Of a stretch of DNA of 64,000 bases, positions 55,741 through 64,000 are shown piece by piece; position 1 is the first letter of the stretch, and each line of letters starts with the position of its first letter. This DNA is from Acidaminococcaceae bacterium (GTDB lineage: Bacteria; Bacillota; Negativicutes; Acidaminococcales; Acidaminococcaceae), in the NCBI GenBank assembly GCA_050256135.1, contig JBFWIF010000001.1, positions 17,647 to 81,646 on the forward strand, in the 5' to 3' direction. The notes below the pieces were generated by a model. It did not search any database and was not told where the DNA came from. It worked only from the letters and a program-made list of their open reading frames with translations. The position numbers and the translations under genes are program-made.

Positions 55741-56577
55741 TTATGATGCTAACCGAAGAGTTATTACGCCAGAAACTATTAAAAAGGATGCTATCATATT
55801 TGCGATTGTTAGTTTTTCTTTCAGGAAGACTGCGGAAATAATCATAGCAAATAAGATTGAAGTTTCTCTTAATGCGGCTACTACAACAACAGGTAAAAAT
55901 GTCATTGCCCATAAGGCTAAACCGTATGACGCCATCATACCCAGCCCTCCAATTATTCCCAAATGCCAGTAAACCTTAGTGTAGTTAATAAAATCTGAAT
56001 AATTATCAATAAAACGCCAGCCAACCAAAAGGATACCTTGAAATAACATTATCCATAACACATAAGATATCGGTGAATGTGATAAACGAACACCTATACC
56101 ATCAACAAGAGTATATGCTGCAATAATTAATGCATTTAAGAGTGCTAACCATATTCCTTTTGTTGAGGAATGATCGGATTTTAATGCTATTACAAGTATT
56201 CCGATACAAATAAAAAAAATACCAACCCATGCTTGCAATGTAATATTTTCTCCTATAATGGCTATTCCTAAAAAGGCTACCAAAAGGGGAGCTGTACCTC
56301 GCATCAGCGGATATGTCTGGCTCATTTCTGCGATGCGATAAATATGCCCAACCAAGGTAAAGTAGATAACCTGCAAAATAACCGATGCAAAAATAAAAAG
56401 CCAACTTTCTCTGTCTGGTTGGATTGTAAAAGGTAATACACAAGCAGCGATCAGGGTGCCAAAGGCTGCTACTAATACTGTCGTTAAAGTTGAATTAGCA
56501 CCATTTTTAACTATTGCATTCCAAGCTGCATGTGAAAAAGCAGCAAAAATGACAATTGCAAAAACAAAAGTATCCAC
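55741..56577 (-). CDS. EamA/DMT-family transporter
   Basis: 278 aa, ten-TM pattern, N-terminus FAAFSHAAWNAIVK. GTG start after GGAGG. Confidence 0.75.
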   Translation of the reverse strand: MDTFVFAIVIFAAFSHAAWNAIVKNGANSTLTTVLVAAFGTLIAACVLPFTIQPDRESWLFIFASVILQVIYFTLVGHIYRIAEMSQTYPLMRGTAPLLVAFLGIAIIGENITLQAWVGIFFICIGILVIALKSDHSSTKGIWLALLNALIIAAYTLVDGIGVRLSHSPISYVLWIMLFQGILLVGWRFIDNYSDFINYTKVYWHLGIIGGLGMMASYGLALWAMTFLPVVVVAALRETSILFAMIISAVFLKEKLTIANMIASFLIVSGVITLRLAS

Positions 56578-56637
56578 GAATTTGTTTCCTCCAAGTTATT
56601 TTTGTATTTTAATTTATTATATTATCCATTATTTAGT

Positions 56638-56704
56638 CGAATCGAGCCATCAACAAAAAAGCCCCTCGAAAAGAGGAGCACATAATCATTGGAGCGGATG
56701 GCGA
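56638..56704. repeat. direct repeat: copy of the tRNA-Gly terminator plus the last 15 nt of the tRNA
   Basis: Matches 58737-58803 at 64 of 67 positions in my hand alignment. It ends in TGGAGCGGATGGCGA, the complement of the tRNA 3-prime end including CCA. Confidence 0.8.
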
Positions 56705-56733
56705 CACATGCAATACGAGATCGGCGAGAGCGA

Positions 56734-56830
56734 AGCGAGGCGCAGATGAAGTAGGGCAGCGGTTACGAGCGTAACGAAGTGTAGAGAGATAACTTCAAAC
56801 AACCGAATCGAGCCATCAACAAAAAAGGTC
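56734..56830. repeat. direct repeat of the tRNA-Gly downstream flank (unit X)
   Basis: 97 nt, differing from 58667-58763 at a single position. Confidence 0.8.
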
Positions 56831-57494
56831 ATCATTTATATGGAGTAATATGAACAAACTATTGCTAGAAGATTATTCCTTTGTCAGAAAGAATTTTTAT
56901 GTAAATTTCTGCATTTTGTAAAGGTTTTTTGAAAATAAACCAAAGAAACGAGTCACTACACCTGTGCCAAATTGAAAATTTAAATAAGTCATGGTTACAT
57001 GTGACTTGGTCTCAATAGGATATTCGGAGACCATAAGAAATATTTAAAAGCCATTCGGTTGGAATTGAGGACTATAACAAATTTTACTATTTTTGCCGAA
57101 AATTGGCCCAAACAATAGATTCTTTATGATGTTACTTGTTCTTTGAGGTTTTTTGCCATCAGCAATCAGAGTCTTCACTGTTTTTGAATATGCAGTAGCA
57201 GAGCATATACACTATAATTAAAGTAATAATAGTCTTGCTATAGGAGTTGGAACGTTACGCACAGACCATTTTGGAGGCAGTCCGGAACGGTAATTTTTTA
57301 TTTAAAAGAATCTTAACCCCAACATTTTTCAGAACGACATACTGTGCAACGAGGAGTTTTAATGAAAATATAACACGGAATATAGAGGAAAATCCATTAA
57401 TAATAGTATGGACAAATTAATGGATTTTCTTAGGACTTACCTGTCTTTGACAGTATTGGCAATAGATAATATAAAACAATTCCAATTATATATA

Positions 57495-58442
57495 TTAATC
57501 AAAAAAACTGGTTAAAGATGTCGTTATTTTTTGGTTAGAAATATTATTCACATGATTTTTATCGTATAAATGAAGAACTTCATGCCCGATAATTCTCCAA
57601 TGCTCTACGGAGGTTTTTCCATATAATGCAACTATCTTTTTATTAAGAGCGCCGGCAATATGACCTAGCCCGCCATCACCGCAAAGAACAATGTCAGCTG
57701 CGTTAACGTAAGAAATGAAATTATGAATATTAGGAGTTGTATATATTTCTGTATCTACTTTTAACAAGGATTTTAAATCAACTGCTTTGGGAAGATCGCT
57801 TTCCTTTGCCGTAATCAAGACCGAAAAAGGATAATTATTAGAAAAAGAATTGAGTATATCAGCTGTTTTCTGATTAGATAATTGAGACGTTTCACGATTG
57901 TTAGACACTTCAACCATAATATGTTTTTTACCGGTATATTGGCATTTATAAGGTTGAATAAGTTCCTGATTGAATTCAGGATAAACTTCATCAGGAATCT
58001 TTTCGATGCTGTGATCGAAAAATTTTAAGCTGCAGAGAGCTACAGAAGTCTTATATAATTCATCTTCGCTGCAACTATATGGATGATTTACCGTTTTTGA
58101 TATAATGCTGGTTACACGGCCATATCTTTCTTTAGCACCAATCAAATACAGAAACAAATTATTTAGTTTGGGATAATCCGGCATAGGGGAGAACCCTATA
58201 TCAGGTTGAATATATCTGTATTTCAAAGCAGTTTTAAGGGTTTTAAGATATTTATTACCTTTTGGTATGCAATAGACATGGGCATCTGGAAAAAAATATC
58301 TTACAAGCTCAACGTTTCTATAATTCATAAAAAAGTAAAAATCGCATTTGCCATAAGCTATTTGCAAATAATTGCAAATAGGTACCATTCCGGCGAGAAA
58401 ATCACCTAGACCAGTACGCCTGATCATAACAATTTTTTTCAT
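57495..58442 (-). CDS. glycosyltransferase family 9 (heptosyltransferase-like) protein
   Basis: MKKIVMIRRTGLGDFL N-terminus and the C-terminal CGDGGLGHIAGAL motif, typical of GT9. Visibly AT-rich. I chose the start at 58442 because GAGGTG precedes it. Confidence 0.75.
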   Translation of the reverse strand: MKKIVMIRRTGLGDFLAGMVPICNYLQIAYGKCDFYFFMNYRNVELVRYFFPDAHVYCIPKGNKYLKTLKTALKYRYIQPDIGFSPMPDYPKLNNLFLYLIGAKERYGRVTSIISKTVNHPYSCSEDELYKTSVALCSLKFFDHSIEKIPDEVYPEFNQELIQPYKCQYTGKKHIMVEVSNNRETSQLSNQKTADILNSFSNNYPFSVLITAKESDLPKAVDLKSLLKVDTEIYTTPNIHNFISYVNAADIVLCGDGGLGHIAGALNKKIVALYGKTSVEHWRIIGHEVLHLYDKNHVNNISNQKITTSLTSFFD

Positions 58443-58666
58443 GCAATCACCTCTAAAAAAATTCTCTAACAAGCAAACCTTTCTGACTACTTTGCAATAT
58501 TTATTTTCTTATCGGTAAATATACGTGCAGGATATTTTTAGCTAGCTGCTTCTATGACTAGAAAGTAGTTCTGATATTGTAGTTTTAGCATGTCGTCTTT
58601 TCTCTCAATTACAACGAGGTAATTTTTCTATAAATCGATCTATGAAGCGGCAAAATACTGGAACGG

Positions 58667-58803
58667 AGCGAGGCGCAGATGAAGTAGGGCAGCGGTTACG
58701 AGCGTAACGAAGTGTAGAGAGATAACTTCAAACAGCCGAATCGAGCCATCAACAAAAAAGGTCCTCGAAAAGAGGAACACATAATCATTGGAGCGGATGG
58801 CGA
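58667..58803. repeat. right-hand copy of the repeat units (X + terminator + tRNA 3-prime end)
   Basis: Contiguous X (58667-58763) and Y (58737-58803) units adjoining the intact tRNA. Confidence 0.8.
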
Positions 58804-58863
58804 GATTCGAACTCGTGACCCACGGCTTGGGAAGCCGGTACTCTACCACTGAGCTACATCCGC
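58789..58863 (-). tRNA. tRNA-Gly (anticodon CCC), CCA encoded
   Basis: The reverse complement GCGGATGTAGCTCAGTGGTAGAGTACCGGCTTCCCAAGCCGTGGGTCACGAGTTCGAATCTCGCCATCCGCTCCA folds as a cloverleaf with anticodon loop TTCCCAA. My fold shows C27-U43 and A49-C65 terminal mismatches. Confidence 0.85.
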
Positions 58864-58938
58864 ATATGAAGCTGATACACCGAATAGTATAGCGCATTTT
58901 AGACATTTTGACAACAGCGGTAGCTGGGCGTAAAGGCG

Positions 58939-59481
58939 CTAAGCCTGTTTTGAGAAAAAACTTTTTTGGTTGAGCTGTAAGTTATTCGCCAATAAATGAA
59001 TTAATAATTCTTCAAAAGCAGAGAGAAGGGCAACACTACATAAGATATAAGGAAAGAACCCTAAATGAACAACAGGCATTAATAGTGGGAAAAGCAAGAG
59101 CAGAAATCCAGTTATCTTATTTCCATAAGTATGAAGTATCGCGAACGTTTTATATTTGATCAATACCACCAATAGTGACAGCAACCTTATAACGGCAATA
59201 ATTACTATCGAGATAATGATTTCGGTATTTAACATTACTTTGATGAACGGATATAGTGAGATTATAACTGTGAAGAACATAATTAAGTCAGCCAGGGAAT
59301 CAAGTCTGCTGCCTAATTCGCTTACGGTGTTACTTCTTCGCGCTAGATAGCCATCAAGAATATCGCTGACTCCACAAGCACGATAAATAAAAATATACGC
59401 TGTGCTTAATGGCAGTACTAAGAGTAAAGCCAAAGAGAGCAATATTCTAGTAAATGAAATGTAATTTGCTAATGTAGCCAT
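58939..59481 (-). CDS. CDP-alcohol phosphatidyltransferase family protein
   Basis: DILDGYLARRSNTVSELGSRLDSLADL matches D(x)2DG(x)2AR...G(x)3D(x)3D. The start at 59481 is my choice; the ORF track has TTG at 59499. Confidence 0.8.
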   Translation of the reverse strand: MATLANYISFTRILLSLALLLVLPLSTAYIFIYRACGVSDILDGYLARRSNTVSELGSRLDSLADLIMFFTVIISLYPFIKVMLNTEIIISIVIIAVIRLLSLLVVLIKYKTFAILHTYGNKITGFLLLLFPLLMPVVHLGFFPYILCSVALLSAFEELLIHLLANNLQLNQKSFFSKQA

Positions 59482-59777
59482 AGTACCATAACCTCTCAAA
59501 TGCTGGTTAGATTTTGCTGTTGTATAATTCTGCAGAAATTTACTGAGGCAGTCCGTCGCTTTATTTTTTATTATGATAACCTCAAAATTTTGCTATGTAA
59601 AGATTGAATTCAGTTTCGTATGGTGCAGCTTATTTTCATATAGCATTGGCTGCCAGAAAGTGTTTGGGATAAGGTGACCTTCAATGTTTATATGGACTTA
59701 AGCCTTGTCATGGGATAAAATGAATTAACAAGAAAAATTCTGAGGGAGTTGTATACCACGTGGAAGGAGAACCTTCG

Positions 59778-61079
59778 ATGGGCATCGAGATATTGATTAT
59801 TTTAATTCTGATTATTGCCAACGGCGTTTTTGCTCTTACGGAAATAGCTATTGTCTCTTCGCGTAAGCCTAGGTTGGAAAAATACGCGGCTGATGGCAGC
59901 AGCGGCGCTAAAGCGGCACTGGAGCTGGCCAATGATCCTACTCCTTTGCTTTCGACTGTTCAAGTAGGTATCAGCCTTATTGGCATTGTAACAGGTGCTT
60001 ATGGAGGAGCAACGATAGCACAGGGTTTGACGGAATATTTGAGACCACTTCCATATATTGGGCCTTATGCAGGCACAGCTAGTATGGCGCTTGTTGTTGC
60101 TATTATTACCTATGTTTCCTTGATTATTGGTGAATTGGTCCCTAAAAGAGTGGCTCTTAATAATCCTGAGCCAATTGCTATTGTTATTGCTCGACCTATG
60201 GGATTTTTATCAAAACTTTTTATGCCAATGGTCAAGCTGCTCAGTCTTTCTACGGAATTCGTGCTGAAAGCTGCCGGTGTAAAAAAGCCAACTGATGCAG
60301 GTGTGACAGAGGACGAAATCAAAATCATGATTGCAGAAGGAACGCTGATGGGTACTTTCGAGGAAACTGAGAAGGATATCGTTGGCAGGGTATTTCGGCT
60401 TGGTGATATGCGTGCCGCCGCTTTGATGACACCAAGAACGCAAATCGATTGGATTGATCTTGATAGAGATAACGAATATTTGTGGAATGTGATAACTGAA
60501 AGCTCACATTCGAAGCTGCCAGTAGCTCGCGGCAGTCTTGATGAAATAGTTGGCATTGTTTATGTGAAGGATCTTTTGTCTAAACGTAATGCTGATAAAT
60601 TGCCGATAGAGGAGAACATTGAACAGCCACTGTTTGTTCCCAGAAGTTTGCGTGCTTTCAAATTATTAGAACAATTTCAACAGTCAGGAACCCATGTTGC
60701 TTTTGTTATGGATGAATTTGGCGGTACGATGGGTTTGGTGACGCTCCACGACATTCTTGAACATCTGGTAGGTGAATTGCCTGAGGAAGATGAAGAAGAA
60801 AAGAGTATTGTCAAAAGGGATGATAATTCCTGGCTTATTGACGGGTTGCTGCCTATTGACGAATTCAAAGATTTCTTTGATTTGGAAACAATGCCGGGTG
60901 AAGATAAGGATCATTTTCAGACGTTGGGAGGTTTTGTCACATCCTTTCTTGGGTATATGCCAAAGACAGGTGAAACATTTGAATGGGAAGGCCTAAAGTT
61001 TGAAATAGTTGATATGGATAGAATGAGGATAGACAAAGTAATTGTAACAAAATTATATTTTGATGAGATTACCGAATAA
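59778..61079 (+). CDS. hemolysin-family / CNNM-type protein (DUF21 + CBS pair + CorC_HlyC)
   Basis: N-terminal DUF21 TM domain (ANGVFALTEIAIVSSRK), a CBS pair, and a C-terminal FEIVDMDRMRIDKV transporter-associated domain. I chose the start at 59778 because GGAAGGAG precedes it. Confidence 0.85.
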   Translation: MGIEILIILILIIANGVFALTEIAIVSSRKPRLEKYAADGSSGAKAALELANDPTPLLSTVQVGISLIGIVTGAYGGATIAQGLTEYLRPLPYIGPYAGTASMALVVAIITYVSLIIGELVPKRVALNNPEPIAIVIARPMGFLSKLFMPMVKLLSLSTEFVLKAAGVKKPTDAGVTEDEIKIMIAEGTLMGTFEETEKDIVGRVFRLGDMRAAALMTPRTQIDWIDLDRDNEYLWNVITESSHSKLPVARGSLDEIVGIVYVKDLLSKRNADKLPIEENIEQPLFVPRSLRAFKLLEQFQQSGTHVAFVMDEFGGTMGLVTLHDILEHLVGELPEEDEEEKSIVKRDDNSWLIDGLLPIDEFKDFFDLETMPGEDKDHFQTLGGFVTSFLGYMPKTGETFEWEGLKFEIVDMDRMRIDKVIVTKLYFDEITE

Positions 61080-61094
61080 TTTTTTATATTAATT

Positions 61095-61139
61095 AATGTG
61101 GGGTTAAGATTTCCATTCGTGAAATCTTAACCCCACATT
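61095..61139 (+). terminator. hairpin terminator
   Basis: AATGTGGGGTTAAGATTTC / GAAATCTTAACCCCACATT perfect 19-bp stem. Confidence 0.6.
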
Positions 61140-61286
61140 TAGTTAGTATTATATTAAATAAAAATATTTTTCAGAATCTTCGCAATTGAAGCAGGAATTT
61201 CTTTTTTGTGAAGAAGATGGGAAGAACATACAGAAATATCAGAATAAAAAAACTATTTTAAATATTTATGTAAAGGGAGGGTTAAT

Positions 61287-63089
61287 ATGTTATCCAAGAC
61301 GTATACCTTAAAAATTACCAATAGTACGCAGGGGGCAAGAAATATTAAAATTCCTCTTGATGTTGAGGCACAGCCCATACGTATTGTCTCTCAGGCTGGT
61401 GACGCTTATCAGATAATTGATGATAAAACAGGTCTTGCTCCGCATAAGGTACTAGTGAAAAAAGTTGATAACGATTTATATATAAGGATTGAAGACGAAG
61501 GAGATGCGAATATCCCTGACATAATAATTGATAACTATTATGACGATACGCATCATGTACTTGTCGGAGAATACAAACCAGGGCATTTTTCAGATTATGT
61601 TGCTGATGTAGAGGAAAACGCAATTACGACTATGCAGATAGCTGCTGAAAATCAGGAAGGCTGGTTTCATCTGACACATGAAACAAATGATAATGCGCTT
61701 TTAGGTGTTCTCGGCGGTATCGGAATAATTGCTGCGGCAGCTGGTGGTGGCGGCGGAGAAGGCAACCACGCACCTGTAATTACCAGCGATGGCGGCGGCA
61801 GTACTGCCGCTGTAAGCGCCAGTGAAAATCAGGAAACAGCAACAGATGTAAATGCCACTGATTCTGATGGCGATACTATTACCTATAGTATTGTCGGTGG
61901 TGAAGACTCTGGTAAGTTTACTATTGATACAAGCACAGGTGTTTTAAGTTTTACAAGTGCACCAAATTATGAAAACCCGGGCGATTTTAATAGCGATAAT
62001 GCATATGTTGTAATAGTTCAGGCCAGTGATGGCAAGGGGGGAATTGATACCCAAACGATTACGATAAATGTTACTGACGCTAATGATGCGCCTATTATTA
62101 CCAGCAATGGCGGGGGAGAAGAGGCCGCAATTAATGTTCCGGAAGATTCGACGCCAGTAACGACAGTGACGGCAACCGATGCCGATGTGCCGGCGGATAC
62201 TTTGACTTTCAGTATAGTTGGTGGTGCAGATGCGGCAAAATTTACCATTAATTCCAGTACCGGTGAATTAAGCTTTATTACAGCGCCTAATTATGAAGAA
62301 CCTACAGATGCAAATGAAGATGGAATTTACCATGTCAATGTACAGGTAGCTGACGGACATGGCGGAATTGACATTCAAACAATTAGTATTACTGTAACTG
62401 ATGCTAACTTTGCCCCTGTAATCACGAGCAACGGCGGTGGTGACACAGCCACGATCAGCGTTGCGGAGAACACAACGGCAGTGACGACGGTAACCGCAAC
62501 CGATGCTGACCAGCCACCGGATACCTTGGTCTACGATATCATAGGCGGAGCGGACAGCAACAGGTTCGTGATCAATTCAAGTACGGGAGCACTAAGCTTT
62601 AATTCAGCTCCTAACTATGAGGCGCCGTTTGGAGCTGATAACAGTTATGAAGTGATAGTACAGGTTTACGACGGACATGGTGGAACAGATATACAGACAA
62701 TCACGGTCAACGTGACGGACGCGAATGACGCCCCGATCATCACGAGCAATGGCGGCGGAACAAGTGCGGCTGTAAGCATAGTAGAAGATACGACGGCAGT
62801 AACGACGGTAACGGCAACCGATGCCGATGTGCCGGCGGATACACTTACCTATAGCATAACAGGCGGAGCGGATGCGGCGAAATTCACGATCAACTCCAGC
62901 ACAGGAGCATTGAGCTTTATTACGGCGCCAAACTATGAAGCACCTACAGATGCAGGCGGCAATAACGTCTACGATGTCATCGTGCAGGTAAGTGATGGGC
63001 ATGGCGGAACGGATACCCAGGCTATTGCGGTAACGGTGACAGACGGCAACTTTGCACCGGTAATCACGAGCAATGGCGGCTCAAGTTAA
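61287..63089 (+). pseudogene. 5-prime portion of a giant T1SS-type adhesin (BapA/LapA-like prefix + cadherin-like repeats), truncated
   Basis: Prefix domain (IVSQAGDAYQIIDDKTGLAPHKVLVKKVDNDLYI...IIDNYY), then about 4.5 repeats of about 100 aa (AP[VI]ITSNGGG...TA[TS]D.D...L[TV][FY]SI.GG.D..KF.I...TG.LSF...PNYE.P.D....Y.V.VQV.DG.GG.D.Q.I...VTD.N). It ends at ...ITSNGGSS* with no RTX or secretion-signal region. Confidence 0.7.
61770..63089 (+). repeat. tandem repeats of about 300 nt encoding cadherin-like domains
   Basis: Long near-identical stretches recur, for example ACGGCAACCGATGCCGATGTGCCGGCGGATAC at about 62170 and about 62815. Confidence 0.75.
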
Positions 63090-64000
63090 TGGCCTTGAAA
63101 CAGTTCGTTCCTTTTTTTCGTCTTCGATAGTTTTTGCTTTGGCGGATTGTCCTTTTGCATTGTTTTTTATAGCATGTATTGGCATTATTGGCGGTTCAAT
63201 GGGTTGGGTTTATTTGCTGTTATTAATTTTTGGCTTGATAATTGGTATAGTTTTTCAATTTAGAATGAGAGAATTATCGCACAAGGAAATTCAGCGCGGA
63301 CATGAAAGACATGGTTTACTGGTTGATACTATCCAGGGGTCGGAAACAATTCAATCGTCAGGAGCCGAATGGCGTTTTGCGGAAATGTGGCGTGATTTGA
63401 CGACGGCTATTTCAGGTTATACCAATAAAAGCCGTAAACTATCAAATATGACTCAGATTACTACAGGAACATTAGGAACTATAGCTTATGTAAGCGCTGT
63501 TGTGGTAGGTGTTTTTGAAATTGAGGCAGGACACTTAACTACTGGCGGCATCATTGCTTGTACTATTTTAGGCGGGCGAGTGATAGGGCCTGTAGCCCAA
63601 GGTGTACAGCATATGATGCAGTGGCAATATGTTCGTGAGTCACTGCAAATGGTAGATAATCTTTTGGAACATCAACCGACACGCAGCGAAGAACAGGATT
63701 TACTGGCTCCCGAAAGATTAGAGAGCAATATGCAGCTCGAAGGAGTGCGGTTTGCTTATCAAGGAACTCCTGTTCTCAGACTAAACGTTAATCAACTTGC
63801 TTTTAAGGCTGGTGACAGGGTGGCTATTGTCGGTGCCAATGGATCTGGCAAGTCAACTCTCTTAAAAATTATGGCAGGTCTTTACCGTCCTGCCAGCGGG
63901 CAGATTCGCCTGGGAGGAGCAGATCTCTGGGAACTTGAGCCACAGATAATTAACCAATATATAGGCTATTCACCACAGGATGTTCATCTTTTTAAGGGAA
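63073..64000 (+). pseudogene. type I secretion ABC transporter (HlyB/LapB-like) lacking its N-terminal third; runs off the window end
   Basis: The frame opens at 63064. The product aligns from roughly HlyB residue 255 onward (ETVRSFF...LADCPF..., then Walker A GANGSGKST about 256 codons in). There is no C39-like domain and the first TM helices are absent. Confidence 0.7.

Noticed and set aside
58640-58906. 88-aa minus-strand ORF
   Set aside because: It reads through the tRNA-Gly gene and its terminator and flank repeat.
59500-59777. Possible metal riboswitch (M-box or yybP-ykoY) in the 278-nt leader of the CNNM/TlyC-type gene
   Set aside because: I could not find the conserved cores, for example GGGGAGUAG ... 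UUGACAUA ... AGCAAGACC for yybP-ykoY. Only a weak GAGGGAGTTGT resemblance is present.
1-64000. CRISPR arrays, rRNA genes, prophage modules, integrases, transposases and IS elements
   Set aside because: I looked for regularly spaced direct repeats, recombinase and transposase motifs and phage structural genes, and recognised none. The only repeat structures are those listed: the tRNA-flank repeats, the 33-nt palindrome, and the Q/P and cadherin tandem repeats.

Overview
The window looks like a chromosomal segment of a low-GC diderm Firmicute, probably a Negativicute. The taxonomic call is an inference from an SLH-anchored OmpM-type porin, a GT9 heptosyltransferase-like gene, a VirK/YbjX-family gene and otherwise Firmicute-style gene content (pdxST, korAB, a hemA-C-D-B-L operon). 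Most of it is ordinary metabolism and transport: LDH-family dehydrogenase, nitroreductase, TspO, MntH, an amino-acid ABC transporter, M20 amidohydrolase, ferritin, korAB, pdxST and a cobalamin-riboswitch-controlled tetrapyrrole operon. I found no CRISPR array, rRNA, integrase, transposase or prophage module.

The strongest candidate for an undescribed system is a tightly packed six-gene envelope-polysaccharide locus at 9784-19801. It contains:
- an SLH/OmpM-type beta-barrel porin;
- a TviB-type UDP-GlcNAc 6-dehydrogenase;
- a membrane protein with three NodB modules, of which only the last is canonical;
- a class-I hyaluronan-synthase (HasA)-like GT2 with an N-terminal PilZ-like domain;
- a membrane protein with degenerate NodB motifs;
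- a GH18-like lipoprotein.

Other notable points:
- tRNA-Gly(CCC) has its 3-prime end, terminator and flank duplicated about 2 kb away, bracketing an AT-rich insert that carries a GT9 gene.
- A BapA-prefix/cadherin-repeat adhesin gene is cut off and abuts an N-terminally truncated type-I-secretion ABC transporter.
- Scraps of pdxT and lysR paralogs lie between cyuA and korA.
- A 33-nt perfect palindrome occurs at two distant loci.
- An HNH_2-type protein has both catalytic His positions substituted.
- A secreted protein carries seven Q/P-rich 16-residue tandem repeats.

All calls come from reading the sequence and ORF translations by eye. No database search was run.
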